A stretch of 64,000 nucleotides of DNA, taken from positions 45,448,001 to 45,512,000 of the forward strand of contig NC_087447.1 in assembly GCF_036321535.1 (NCBI RefSeq), written 5' to 3'. Position 1 is the stretch's first letter. The number at the start of each line of letters is the position of its first letter. The notes below the pieces were generated by a model. That model was not told where the DNA came from. It did not search any database and was given only the letters and a program-made list of their open reading frames with translations. A program made the position numbers and the translations under genes. This DNA is from Camelus dromedarius. Lineage: Eukaryota. Below, piece after piece: positions 26,660 through 38,836 of this stretch.

Positions 26660-27100
26660 GAGCTGGAGCAGATTAAAGGATTCTGAAGATATATCAGTGT
26701 TACATTACTGTGTGAGCCTATATTGGATTCTGGGCAAGAAATAGTGTTAAGAAGTCAATCTTCAGATCATTACCTAACTTTGAATATGAACTATAGACTA
26801 GCTTATAGTATTATTTCAACATTAAATGTTCTAACATTGAGTATAATATTATAATTATGCAATAGAATATTATTTTCCTTGGTAAATACAGGGAGAATTA
26901 TTCAGAAATAAAGAGGCACCATGTCTTCAACTTAGTCATAAATGGTTCAGAAAAACAATTATCAATCAATCTATCATCTTTCTATCAAATGAAAAAAGGT
27001 AAATAGGTCAAAATATAAACAATTTGTGAATTTGGTTATGTGTTATAAGGGAATGTCCTGAAGTATTCTTGCAAAATTCTATACATTTAAGATTATATCA
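26660..27100 (+). mobile_element. Old L1M 3' UTR remnant
   Basis: cagattaaagga..ttggattctgg..tttgaatatgaactataga..gtattcttgcaaaattctat. Confidence 0.6.
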
Positions 27101-27103
27101 CTA

Positions 27104-27640
27104 TGGTTGGATAAAGAAGTTGTGAGATATATATATATAGTATGTACACACACACAATGGAATACTACTGAGCCATAAAAAATAATAAAATAATACCATT
27201 TACAGCAACATGGATGAACCTGGAGGTCATACTAAGTGAAGTAAGACAGAAAGAGAAAGGAAAATACCATATGATATCACTTATATGTGACACCTAAAAA
27301 AAATGACACAAATGAACTTATTTACAAAACAGAAACAGGCTGACAGACACATATAAAACAAACTTATGGTTACCAGAGGGGAAGAAGGGTGGTGGGGTAA
27401 ATTGGGAGTTTGGGATTTACACATACTAACTACTACATATAAAATAAACAACAAGGTCCTAAAGTATAGCACTGGGAACTATATTTGATAGTTTGTAATG
27501 ACCTATAATGAAAAAGAATATAAAAAGGAATATACATATAGATATATATATGTGTGTGTGTTTGTGTATCTGAACCACTATGCTGTATACCAGAAACTAT
27601 CATCTTATAAACTGATTACACTTCAATATAAACAAATTTA
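27104..27640 (+). mobile_element. Lineage-specific (camelid-like) L1 3' end with degenerate TSD
   Basis: caatggaatactactgagccataaaaaataataaaataataccattt..caaatgaacttatttacaaaacagaaaca..tatagcactgggaactatat; ATTATATCA at 27092-27100 and 27644-27652. Confidence 0.88.
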
Positions 27641-27769
27641 AAAATTATATCAATACAAAATTTTAAGCACTATTTTTGAAAATGATCTCAGTTCAGAAAA
27701 GGGTACAATTATTCACACACTCGACCAATCGAGAAATAAACTCATTTGCCTCTGATAGCAGCTTACACT

Positions 27770-28375
27770 GATTCCTACTCAATCACCAAGTCCTAGCAAA
27801 TATCTCTTAAATAATTCCAAATATGATTTCTTCCTTGTATTAGTTATTACTTACTCCTATTTTCAATCTTACATGAGATCTTCTGAGAAATAAAATATAT
27901 TTTTTGGCTTTTCAGTTCTTGATCTTTCTTATATATGTCCTACTTTCAAAAGTTACTAAAGTTAGCATTCTGAATCTAAAAACTAGTCTGGCATCTCCTG
28001 ATATGATGCAGTATTTGTTTTCAGGGTGCTTTAAATTTCTTGCAATATCTACAGAAAATAAGCTGCCTAATGTATCTGTATACAGTTCCTTCTAGTATGT
28101 ATACAAACTCGTGTCCTTTTGTGCTAGCCTAACTGCTGTTTAACTTTTAGAATTTAGTTAGGTCGTCTTTAAATCAGGAATTTCGGCCATTTTCATTGTT
28201 TTTTCCAAACCCCTTCTAAAAGCTTCCAAAATATGTATGACAGTACCCCTCATTTTCAATTTATGTAACTACCTCCTCTACTTAGATCATACGTCTACTT
28301 TATCTGTATGCTCATGACCTACTTAGTATATGGCACATATTAATAACAAATATATACTGAATGAATAAATGAGAG
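27770..28375 (+). mobile_element. L2 3' remnant
   Basis: caatcaccaagtcct..; ends tggcacatat..tgaatgaataaatg, the L2 terminal repeat. Confidence 0.5.
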
Positions 28376-29379
28376 AATAAGTACACATTTTTAACCAAAA
28401 TTTATACGATAACCATTAATTCTCACAATAGCATTATTTACATATTTTTGAATTAAAAGCACATATAGAGGAAAAGGTATTCTTTCAAATATCTCCAACT
28501 CAAATAATTTAATCACGTAACATTTCAACAGCCCTGCAATAAACTTTACAATGCCTAATACTAAACGTTCTATATCCTAATTTTAAGTTCAAAAACACCA
28601 ATTATTAAAATCATAAATTTATTTGGCAAGGGCTCTATGCAGTATAGCATTCTAAGTGATTTATATAGATTAAGATCATTTAATCAACACAAGAAATATA
28701 TGAAAAAATTATCAGTATTTCTAAATAGTAGACATATGAAAATTAAAAAATAGTAAACTCAAAAATAATGCCCCAAATTACAAGGTCCGTCAAGGGCAGA
28801 ATCCAGATTCAAACTACATTTATCTTGTTTTCCCTGAAAATATTTCCGTTTACTTTGGGTCCACCTGTTACTTTGGTGAGTGCTTGGTACTCTGATACGC
28901 AGTGCTGTTTGTTTTAGCTTTCCTGGTGTAGATACTGAGCTATGGCTGATTTCAATCAGCCGATGTGAATCACTGAGGGCCAAGCTGGGAGATGCACAAA
29001 GCTAGCTCTCCTAATTCAGGGTGAGCTGGCGCCTCCATATAACAGCCCCCAATCCTATACTAGTGCTCTTCCTAGGATGATTATAATTTTACAGCAGTTT
29101 AATAAGAGGTTTGGGTTAAAGAGTCTTTCAAATCTAAAGGAACAGGACTACTAAATAGGGCCAGACCCAATGACACAGGACAAGAACAGTGTGGTTTCAA
29201 GTAAAGTCATCAGATCTCTCAAGCAGCTTCAAGTAATCCAGGGTTGTTAGCCTTTCTCTAGCACTATTCGGAGAACAGAAGTCTTTCCCCTTACTGTTGA
29301 TGCTGAAGCTTAAAATTCCTATTGTAAGGCACAAACCCTTCTTTCAACCAAGTTAATACTTGCCATAAATAACTGTTTC

Positions 29380-29558
29380 AGGTTGGGAAGTTGATATAAA
29401 TTTTATGACTGACCCTAAAATTTTTGAAAATACATATCATCTTTCATGAGAATTCTGAGCATGACTGGGACAATTCGGAGAGAGCTGGTTTGGACAGACG
29501 AATAATTTCTGTGACCAAACTTCATGTGGAAGAAGGTCAGACAGTGAATGGTGAGTGA
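29380..29558 (+). promoter_or_regulatory. Putative first exon / promoter of the OR52A5-like gene
   Basis: TATAAA near 29395 and donor TGAATG|GTGAGTGA at 29550/29551; candidate acceptors at 34195 and 34486. Confidence 0.4.
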
Positions 29559-31793
29559 GGCTCTGAGAGATGAGCTTTCCCAGGTCAGTCCCTTTCATGA
29601 GTCCAAATAAGAAATCATTGCTTCTCCAACTAGAATTATACTAAAAAATATTGTTTTATTTCTCTTTTATAATGTCTGCCCTGATTAATCTGAATATTTC
29701 AAGATGTTTCTTTTTTACCTTTAGTGACTTTTTGTAAATTAGTATGATTGGCTAGTTTTGTGTTGTCTTGGGGAACTGGACTCTCTTAGGAATTTTTTAA
29801 AGGAGGCTAATTTTGTTTCCTAGTCCAAAAGTGAAAGCAAAGGTTAAGATTTTTTTTAACGTGCGAACTACTTTTAGACAATGACTGTCATCTGCTCTAA
29901 ACCATACTGAGCCTCCTTTTCCACCCTTGTCCCAAGTGAACCTGAAAGCTCACCAGGGATTGGTGAAAAACAGTTCTCCAAGTGTGTCTTATAAAACACT
30001 CATCCTTCACCATCTGAAACAGCAAAAAGATCTCCACTTTACGGCTTCTATGTGTATTACCAGACATGATCCCTGGTAAGTCTTTGGGTTTGAGATTCTG
30101 CACTAGGTGTAGGGAAATAGAAGACTGGTTTCAAAAAGAATGTACATATCATGTAATCTAATAAAATGCCAGGATGAAAAACAATCAACACGATCTTAAC
30201 AGTAGTTGAGTGTTCAAACAGTATGACAATTGTGTCTCATGCTTTCACAACATTGCTGAATCAGTTAATTCGTCACTGGGTGACACATTGTAAAGTGAAG
30301 ATGACAAACAGGAGGACCTCTAGGGAATGATACTTGTGATGATAGATGCATGGAAAGCTTATCTGTTAAAAGATCAGGATATTATGCATGTTTAGACTGG
30401 GAAAGATGCAGGGAAAATGATGCCCTTCAGTAATTCAGTAGAAATGCTCATTCAGGTAAAGTGCTCATCAAATATCTCAAGTTATTCATGAGAGGGAGAG
30501 GACAAACTCCCATGGATTAATAGCTGGCATTTATTGACAGATCAATACAGTTTATATTTCCTGCTAAATATAGATGCATTTTGTGATTGAATGCTCAAAC
30601 ACTGTAATGTGTTTCTATCCTTGAATATTGTCTTAACAATAAAGAAATTGAGACAATTAGATGTTTTATAACTGGCGGCAGGGCATGCAAAGCTAAGTAG
30701 TGACAGCCAGAACTTAAACTCCTTGGACTGACTTCAGATTCTGTCATGATCCATGGCCAAAGTGTATCATTGGAATATAGATTCAGGGCTTGAAGGAGAC
30801 ATTAAGAAGGGGGAAGTTTGAGGATCAATATAAATAAGACCTATTGGACATTTGGAGCTGTCCTGAGCTGTGGCAAGCTATCTCAGAAAACAAAGAAAGC
30901 CCTCTATCACTGGAGGACTTAAGACAGAGATCAGTATGTGTCTTCACAGAGGGAAAACTTTCCTGAAAATGTAGCGAGTGTGGATGTAGAGCCCCAAATT
31001 CCTTAAATCTTTTAAATCCTGGGATTCAGCCTGATTCAAAATTGGACTTGTAAGTAATACTAATAATGCAGATTTTATGCCATAAAGATGACTCAAGTAT
31101 TTTACCTTGGCCTATGAATTTTAAGGGTTTAAGTTATCTTTCCTCTCTCTTATAAACAAACACTTCTCTACACACAAAGTTGCTTTCAGCTTGTCTTTTG
31201 TCATTCATTGCTGCAATTCTCAACCCAAGAACACCTTTAGCCTCATCCCTCCCGACTTCTCCTACACAAAGACAGTGAGTCTCATAGGCTTTGTTTCCTT
31301 GCTTTTCTTTTGATCCACATCACTTCCTAGTATCCCATGTGTACTATCACAAGTATCTTTCTAACTTGATCTCCCTACACCTATCTTCCAGGCCCTTGAA
31401 GCCATTCATCAAGCTGCTAGCAGACTGAATTTTTTACCTTCCGAAAAAAAACCCTGTCATTCCACCCTCCTGATTTAAAATTATTTGTTTTTAAAAGCTA
31501 ACTTCACATTTGGTGTTCCTTTTCTTTAGCCTCAACACCTATCATTCCTGCTTATGAAACATTTTATATGTGAAAACTATTTATTGATTCACAGTCCCGC
31601 CATAGCTTATATGTTTTGTGAATTTGTACAAATTCTCTTCTCCTGAAATGACGTATTTCATCTCTCTTATATGGTTAATTTCTACTGAAAAATGATCTTC
31701 CTTCATAGGCAACTTATCCTGCCCATTTTGATTAAAGGCACATAACCATTAATTCCTATTCATTAAAGATTTTTTCCCAATGCAAGTCTATAA

Positions 31794-32018
31794 CAATGAT
31801 TTAGCAACCAGAAGTGATATGCATTTCCCTGCACACCCAGAGGATATTTGGTAACACCTGAAGACATTTTTGATTTTCATGACAAGTGACAGCTACAGAC
31901 ATCTAATGTGTAGGAGCCAGGGATGCTGCTAAACCTCCTACGATTACAGAGACTTACCCCAAACAAAAAATTTATCTAACCTACCGTGGCAATTGTGCGG
32001 CGATTAAAAAACACTTCC
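31794..32018 (+). mobile_element. MER20 (hAT-Charlie) DNA transposon
   Basis: ccagaggatatttggtaacacctgaagacattttt..gccagggatgctgctaaacctcctac; length about 220 bp. Confidence 0.8.
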
Positions 32019-34540
32019 CTAGAAGAATATCATTAGGACTCATAAAGTTAGAAATGTAGACCTATCATCCGGGAAAGTAACTACTTTGTTCATATGAGAT
32101 ATGATCTTTTAGACTGAAGAAAATACTTTTGTATTTTATGTACCTGCTCATTTGTTTACTTGCTTTCTTCTCATTTTGCCCACCTTCCTCTAATTATTCA
32201 CAATATTTACTTCTCTAGAGCTTTGGCTTCCCTGTTACACTTAAGTTTTTCTAGGCCAAATATTCCTCACTTGGCCATGCTAAATCTCCCAAATTAATAT
32301 TCTTGATAGAGACAGTAGCATACACTTTTGAGCCAAATCACAGAGATTGTTGACAAGTATGTGCATGATATGCTGTTGCAAAAGGAGTCCTCTGTCAGAA
32401 ACATAGCATCTAATAAACATGTTCTATAAAATATGTATTGTAACTATTTGGTGACTGAAGAAATTAATATAGGGGTTGCTTCTTTCAGATTCTGAAGCAA
32501 CACAAACTGATTGAAATTTTTATTGTACAACCCAACCTGATTTAGTTACATTCTGATGTGCATCTCATAATGTTTATGAATTATAACTATAAAATCTCAG
32601 AGGACACAAATTACACTTTCTTGTTCTCTCTAGGTCAATATTCCATCAAATTTGGATCCAAGTAGATCTACCTACAACAATAACAAGTCTTAGCTTTCCA
32701 TTAATAAAATAGGGTAGTGATGCCAATATCATAATTTAAAAGTTTAAAAATCTTAAGAAGTGAAAAAATATTGTGCATATTTAATAAATGGTTGATGCTA
32801 CTTTTTGAATTCCAAGCACTCAGCACAATTTAGATACCTCCTAATTATAGGATAAATAAGTTTATCTTTGCTCCCCAATTGCTTCAAACAAGACTTGGAT
32901 CACAGTGAATGCTTAAATAATATGTATTGAATAAAACCATTAGAAAATAAACTTCTAAAATGTATGTCATAGTGTTACCTTCTGATTTGAAAGAGCTCTA
33001 GTTTATTATATTATAAATTTGCCCAAAGGAGAATTCCTGAACAGAGGTCTTTGAAAGGAAAGCCATATTGAGAGATGAATAAGTTTTAAGAATAAGAAGC
33101 AATAAATGCTCTTGCAACTGACCTAAGGTGGGGTATAGATACCCTTTTATATCCAAGGGACAATCCAAGTTTATCAGTGGCAACAACTTGAAGAATGATG
33201 GAGAGAATGTGACTGTGAGATTTTTCTTGTCCCAGATCTGTTGTTTTAGGCCTTCCTCATTGTCTTTTATCTATTTATACTTTATTTTAATGGTTTCAAA
33301 ATGACCTGTATGGTTAGTTAAAAAAATAGTAAAATTTGTAAGTTAGTATTTTGCATATATGGGGGTCAAATATATCTATATTTGTGTATGTATATAGATA
33401 TAGATATAATTTTCTTTTTGGAAGAGATAAATGTAGGGAACTGCGAGGCAGGAAAAATCCCAAGGGATTTGGAAAACAGTAAGCCAAAGCTATCCATAGA
33501 AGGCCCAGGAAGCATGTAGTGTTATGTGTGAAGTAACCAGTGAAGGGCAGAAGAAAGAAGGGGATGGATCTAGTCCTATGCCAAATAATGTGTCAAAGAA
33601 ATATTTCAACTGTACAGAAATTGTATTTTGAGTAGCTGTAAGATGGATATGTCTATAAGTAAAGAAAATATTGTATTTAATAGAGAGTCCTGTGTTACTG
33701 CAAATAGTTAAGAAAAGTAACTATTCAGGCTTAATAGTTATTGATAATGAGGGAGAAGAACAGAAGACATTGACACTTGAAATTGAATAGAAGTGATATG
33801 CACGTAGCAAAGCACAGCGAGGATATATCTAAAAGGAACTGCTGAGGAAAACACCCATGAATTTAAAAGTAACACATTTATTTTCTTGGAGTTTAAGTGG
33901 GAGAAGGTGCAAGATGTATGGTTGTTTTTTGGGAAAACACAGGAAGTCTGAAAAATTAGGTTGAAAGCATTCTGAGAGAGTTGATTGCAGGGGATCAGAC
34001 CATGAAGAGACTAACCTGGAAAAAATAGTTAGTGAACTTCAAAACTGAAAAATATTCTAGTAAAATTAGTTTTCTGATTATGATCAAGCAGAATGGTTTG
34101 TCATCACTGTAGATCCTTCATGTCTAGCCTAGGTAGAGCCTAGTTCTTGAAATATCGTTATTCTGGAGTACATTTTTTTCTTTTAATTCCAACAGGCAGG
34201 GCACAAAAAAGCACAGATGGTGATTAGCGAACAGAATTTGTTCCAATAGTCATGGACCAGAAAGAAGTCATCCCGTCTACTTAATTTTTCTCATTGAAAA
34301 TGATTAGGGTATGCAGACATGGAACCTGAGGATTGGTCATTTAATGGCATTGGCAAAAGAGATAGAAAATTAGAGAGGAATAGTTGGTATAGAAAAGATA
34401 AAATGGTATGCTCCTAATCTAACTACAGTATACTTTGCTAAAATAAATTAATTTCTTCTTATTTTTAATTTATGAAGTCCTAACAGGGACTAGAAGATGA
34501 TACAGCAGTACCTCTGCGTGATTCTACTGACCAAGTCACC

Positions 34541-35497
34541 ATGCTCATATTCAATGGCTCTGTCTTCATGCCTTCTGTACTAACGCTCGTCGGGATTCCT
34601 GGACTGGAGTCAGTGCAGTGTTGGATCGGGATTCCATTCTGCGCCATGTACCTTATTGCTGTAATTGGGAATTCCCTAATTTTAGTTATAATCAAATATG
34701 AAAACAGCCTCCATAGTCCTATGTACATTTTTTTGGCCATGTTGGGGGCCACAGACATTGCACTTAGTACCTGTATTCTCCCCAAAATGTTAGGCATCTT
34801 CTGGTTTCATGTGCCAGAGATTTCTTTTGAAGCCTGTCTTCTCCAAATGTGGCTTATTCACTCATTCCAGGCAATTGAATCAGGTGTCCTGCTGGCGATG
34901 GCCCTAGATCGCTATGTGGCCATCTGTAACCCCTTGAGACATGCTACTGTCTTCTCTCGACAACTCTTGACTCACATTGGAGTTGGGGTGATACTCAGGG
35001 CTGCCATTCTTATAGCACCATCCATAGCGCTTATCAAATGTCATCTTAAACACTACCGAACTACCATCATCTCCCACTCCTATTGTGAGCACATGGCCCT
35101 TGTGAAGCTGGCTACTGAAGATGTCCGGATCAACAAGATATATGGTCTTTTTGTTGCCTTCACTATCTTAGGGTTTGACATAATTTTTATCACTTTGTCT
35201 TATGTTCAAATCTTTATCACTGTCTTTCAACTGCCCCAGAAGGAGGCACGAATCAAAGCCTTTAATACATGCATAGCCCACATCTGTGTCTTCCTACAGT
35301 TCTATCTCCTTGCCTTCTTCTCTTTCTTCACACATAGGTTTGGTTCTCACATACCACCCTATGTTCATATCCTTTTATCTAACCTTTACCTGCTAGTCCC
35401 ACCTTTTCTCAATCCTATTGTTTATGGAGTGAAGACTAAACAAATTCGCGATCATGTCCTGAAAATGTTCTTCTCCAAAAGACATCTTGATCATTAG
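34541..35497 (+). CDS. OR52A5: Olfactory receptor OR52A5-like, intact, 318 aa
   Basis: Intact 7TM ORF with FNGSVFMPS N-terminus, IIKYENSLH.PMY, MALDRYVAIC, HSYCEHMA, KAFNTC, HRFG and PPFLNPIVYGVKTKQIRDH; matches recalled OR52A5. Confidence 0.92.
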   Translation: MLIFNGSVFMPSVLTLVGIPGLESVQCWIGIPFCAMYLIAVIGNSLILVIIKYENSLHSPMYIFLAMLGATDIALSTCILPKMLGIFWFHVPEISFEACLLQMWLIHSFQAIESGVLLAMALDRYVAICNPLRHATVFSRQLLTHIGVGVILRAAILIAPSIALIKCHLKHYRTTIISHSYCEHMALVKLATEDVRINKIYGLFVAFTILGFDIIFITLSYVQIFITVFQLPQKEARIKAFNTCIAHICVFLQFYLLAFFSFFTHRFGSHIPPYVHILLSNLYLLVPPFLNPIVYGVKTKQIRDHVLKMFFSKRHLDH

Positions 35498-37699
35498 TGA
35501 CTCCTTCTATAGAAATTTTAGGTTGGTTCAAAGTTACAACCTGGATATGATGAAAAGCTATAACTTGAACAAGTATCTACATCTGAGAAAAGCTTTACAT
35601 CTCAGATGCTGATAATGTAAGGAGGTATTTAATAAATCATCAAACATTTAAGAACTCTGACTTCCTCTCCATATAAAGAGCAAACTCTATTATGCTGAGA
35701 TTTCAGATGGTTTCTGTTATTCGTCTGTTTTTGTTCTGTTCCTTTAAACCTGGAATTTCCTCTCTGGCAACATACAAGCCCATACAGAAAGCAAAACTGC
35801 AGAAAACAACACTTCATTCCAGGTAACTCCCAAGAAACATGTAATACATCAATATTTTCTAACTGCTAAACTAATCCATAGCCATAATTCTGGTTGTCTC
35901 ATTTTCTAGTATCTTTGTGAATCTATCTTTTGACAAATTACCCAATTTGAGTTTTACCCAAAACTAGAGGTTTAAGTTCAAGAATTGAATACATAAACAA
36001 ACGCATTCCCCTGCATTTAGAAATTTCATACTGCAAGTGTCTTGAATACAGGAACTGTGTCTGATTTACGCTTGAATCAACAGTAAGTCAATGCCTGAGA
36101 CTACTTTGAATCTCAGTTAAAATGACACTGAATAGTGAACAATTTAAACATTTTCCTGCTGTTGATCAAATGTATTCAAAAGCAACAAAACAACAGGCTT
36201 TAAGGTAATATGCAGCATCATCTTACAGAAAATCTGAATGCTAGAGAGTTCATTCCAGTATTAGTAAAGCTAAACAAAGAAGAGCAATGGAATGAATCAT
36301 TACATCATCTTGAAACAAAGTATGAGCCAAACACAAACTGACATGTGAGAAACTGTCTTCTAAAACAGGGACTACAGATCTTTCTTCACTCTTTGCTGTT
36401 TCGCTGCACACACACCTTCAGCCTCTTTTCAAGATGCTGAGTCAGTAGAGATCAGGCTTAGATCTTCTTCAATCAATCTTAAGATTCAGAACAAATAAGA
36501 TGATTCTTAAAAAGAACCATGTAGACATAGAGGAATTACTGTTTTTCTAAGTTTTAAAATAATGCATAGTCAAAGAAAGAAATAAGCCAAGCAAACATTT
36601 CAACCAAAAAGAAAGAAAAAGAAAAATAAGAAACCATGTCATTCAAGAAGGAGAGGTAGAGGATACTTTTGGAAAAAATAATCTTGTTGAATAAGGCAAA
36701 AATAAAGTTGAATCATACGATACTTAGTTTTAAACAAACTTTGTGGAAACAAGAAGTACATGAACAAAGGAAAAATACAGTGAGGAAGAAATAAAAGAGT
36801 ATATTAGTAGATATGAGACATAAAATTGCTTGATGAAATTATGAAAACTTAATTCATTTTAATTCAATGTTAGAATATCAAATGTTCCAAAATGTTGCAG
36901 CAACCATACTGAATAATGAATAACTGATAAGGACAACTGAAAAGAAAGTAAAATGGGAAATATATGAGTTCTTTCCAAGAGATCATCATACATAAAGGAT
37001 ACAGAATGGAGATAGTAAGTATGTGATATTCCTGAATAAGAGACCAAGGCAAATAGAATACGAGGACAATAACAGATTAATCATGTGTGAATGGAAGAGC
37101 AATATCCCAAAATATAAAGTGTACAAATGCACCATAATACACACATGCTGTTAGGAATACATCTGTATTTGAAAAGCATAAGTCAATAAGAAAAAAATCG
37201 ATCTAGCTGTATCAAGAAAAAACAAAACAAAACAGATTCTTTATACTTCAGAATACCTGGTTTCATTTATCCTTTGGAGTTGAGAAAAGACAAACAACAT
37301 AAACCATAAAAATACTCATTTTGAGGCAGAAAAATAACTTTCAAATGGAGACTGTAGAGAATAATATGACTGTGAGTGGGCAGTCAAGCTATTTAAGCCT
37401 GTAATTAATTAAACAGAAGAGCAACGTGTAATAATTGAGCAAACATTTTTATCTCTAAAATAGAAGACTGAAGTTGATTCATACAAGTTGACAGTTGAGT
37501 AGAAGATACAAACAAGGTAATTAGCTTAGCTTACATAAGGATGAGTAGTTAGAATTCAATCTGTGATTTAGGTGATTAGAAGCCAGTAAGTAATATAGCC
37601 ACTAGTGCAGGCATATTTTCTTTGTCTTTTGGAATATAATTCTCATACAGAACAGTGAAAATAACAAGTTACTGTAAAGGAAACAATCATGAAAACACC

Positions 37700-38225
37700 A
37701 TCTAGTTGAAGAAATAAACCATCTCTCATTCCCTACAAGCCTTGTAAGTGTCCCTTTGTCATTACAATCTCTCACTCTCCCCAAAGGTAATTTCTGTACT
37801 AATAACTAACATAATTATTTCTTTGTTTTTTCTGTATACTTTTACAACCTAAGCATGCATTCTTAAACCTTATAGTTAAACTTTGCTTGTTTTTCAGTTT
37901 TCTATAAATGGAAGCACATAGTATATATTCTTTCTGTTTTTCTTCTTAAGAATTTTTATCCAGGATACTGTTTGTAATATCTATAATGCTCATTCTTTCC
38001 CTACATAATGTACCATAGTATAAATATACTATAATTTCTTTACCTATCCTCTGTTTATGGGAGTTGATAAGGGTCAATTAAGAAGAATATATTTATAAAC
38101 ATTTGTGTATATGTATTTTGGTGCACTTAGAATGCTGATTTCTGCATCTAAAAGTGAAATTGCTAATTCATTTGGTACTAACATCTTCCAAAATCATTAG
38201 ATAATATAACCTGTTTCTCAAATCA
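37700..38225 (-). mobile_element. Old L1ME-type 3' remnant
   Basis: taaatggaagcacatagtatat..ccatagtataaatatactataattt..aaagtgaaattgct. Confidence 0.6.
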
Positions 38226-38547
38226 CGTGACAGCTGGTTTCAGGTAGGCTAACTGTTGCCACATGGATCTAGTTGGCATTCTGGTCGTCTTTGGTCTCCT
38301 TTCCAGGTCAGATTTGTTCCGTGCTGTAGATCCAGGAACATATACACTTTTTCAGGTATAAAGAAGACCTGGCCCCAAAGTGATGTTGCATACACAGGCC
38401 CTGAGGGTCTGCCTCACACCCAGGTTTGATGTGCCCTTCAACTGAGGGCTTAAGCTAATTAGACATAGAGCCCAGGGCAACAGGCACACTACTTGCAGCA
38501 GCTAAAGAGTTGAATGTGTCTCAGATTGGCATATAATGCAATGAACA

Positions 38548-38666
38548 ATTTTTTTTATTAAAGTATAGTTGATTTGCAACATTGTGTTAGTTTCTGGTGT
38601 ACTGCAAAGTAGTTCAGTTATATATTTCTTTTTCATATTCTTTTCCATTGTGGTTTATTATAAAAC
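38548..38666 (-). mobile_element. Short L1 3' tip with perfect 13-bp TSD
   Basis: T-run followed by aagtatagttgatttgcaacattgtgttagtttctggtgtac; AATGCAATGAACA at 38535-38547 and 38667-38679. Confidence 0.88.
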
Positions 38667-38802
38667 AATGCAATGAACATATTAAATGAGGGACTTACTT
38701 CAAGAAGCTTAAAATGAGAGTTTAAAGAGACTGTCTTAAGTTAATAATGAACAGTGTTATATCATTAATTTTATACAATGAGAAAGTAAAAGCCAAAACA
38801 TA

Positions 38803-38810
<8 letters not shown>

Positions 38811-38836
<26 letters not shown>
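38811..38836 (+). repeat. (AC)13 microsatellite
   Basis: Read directly. Confidence 0.95.
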
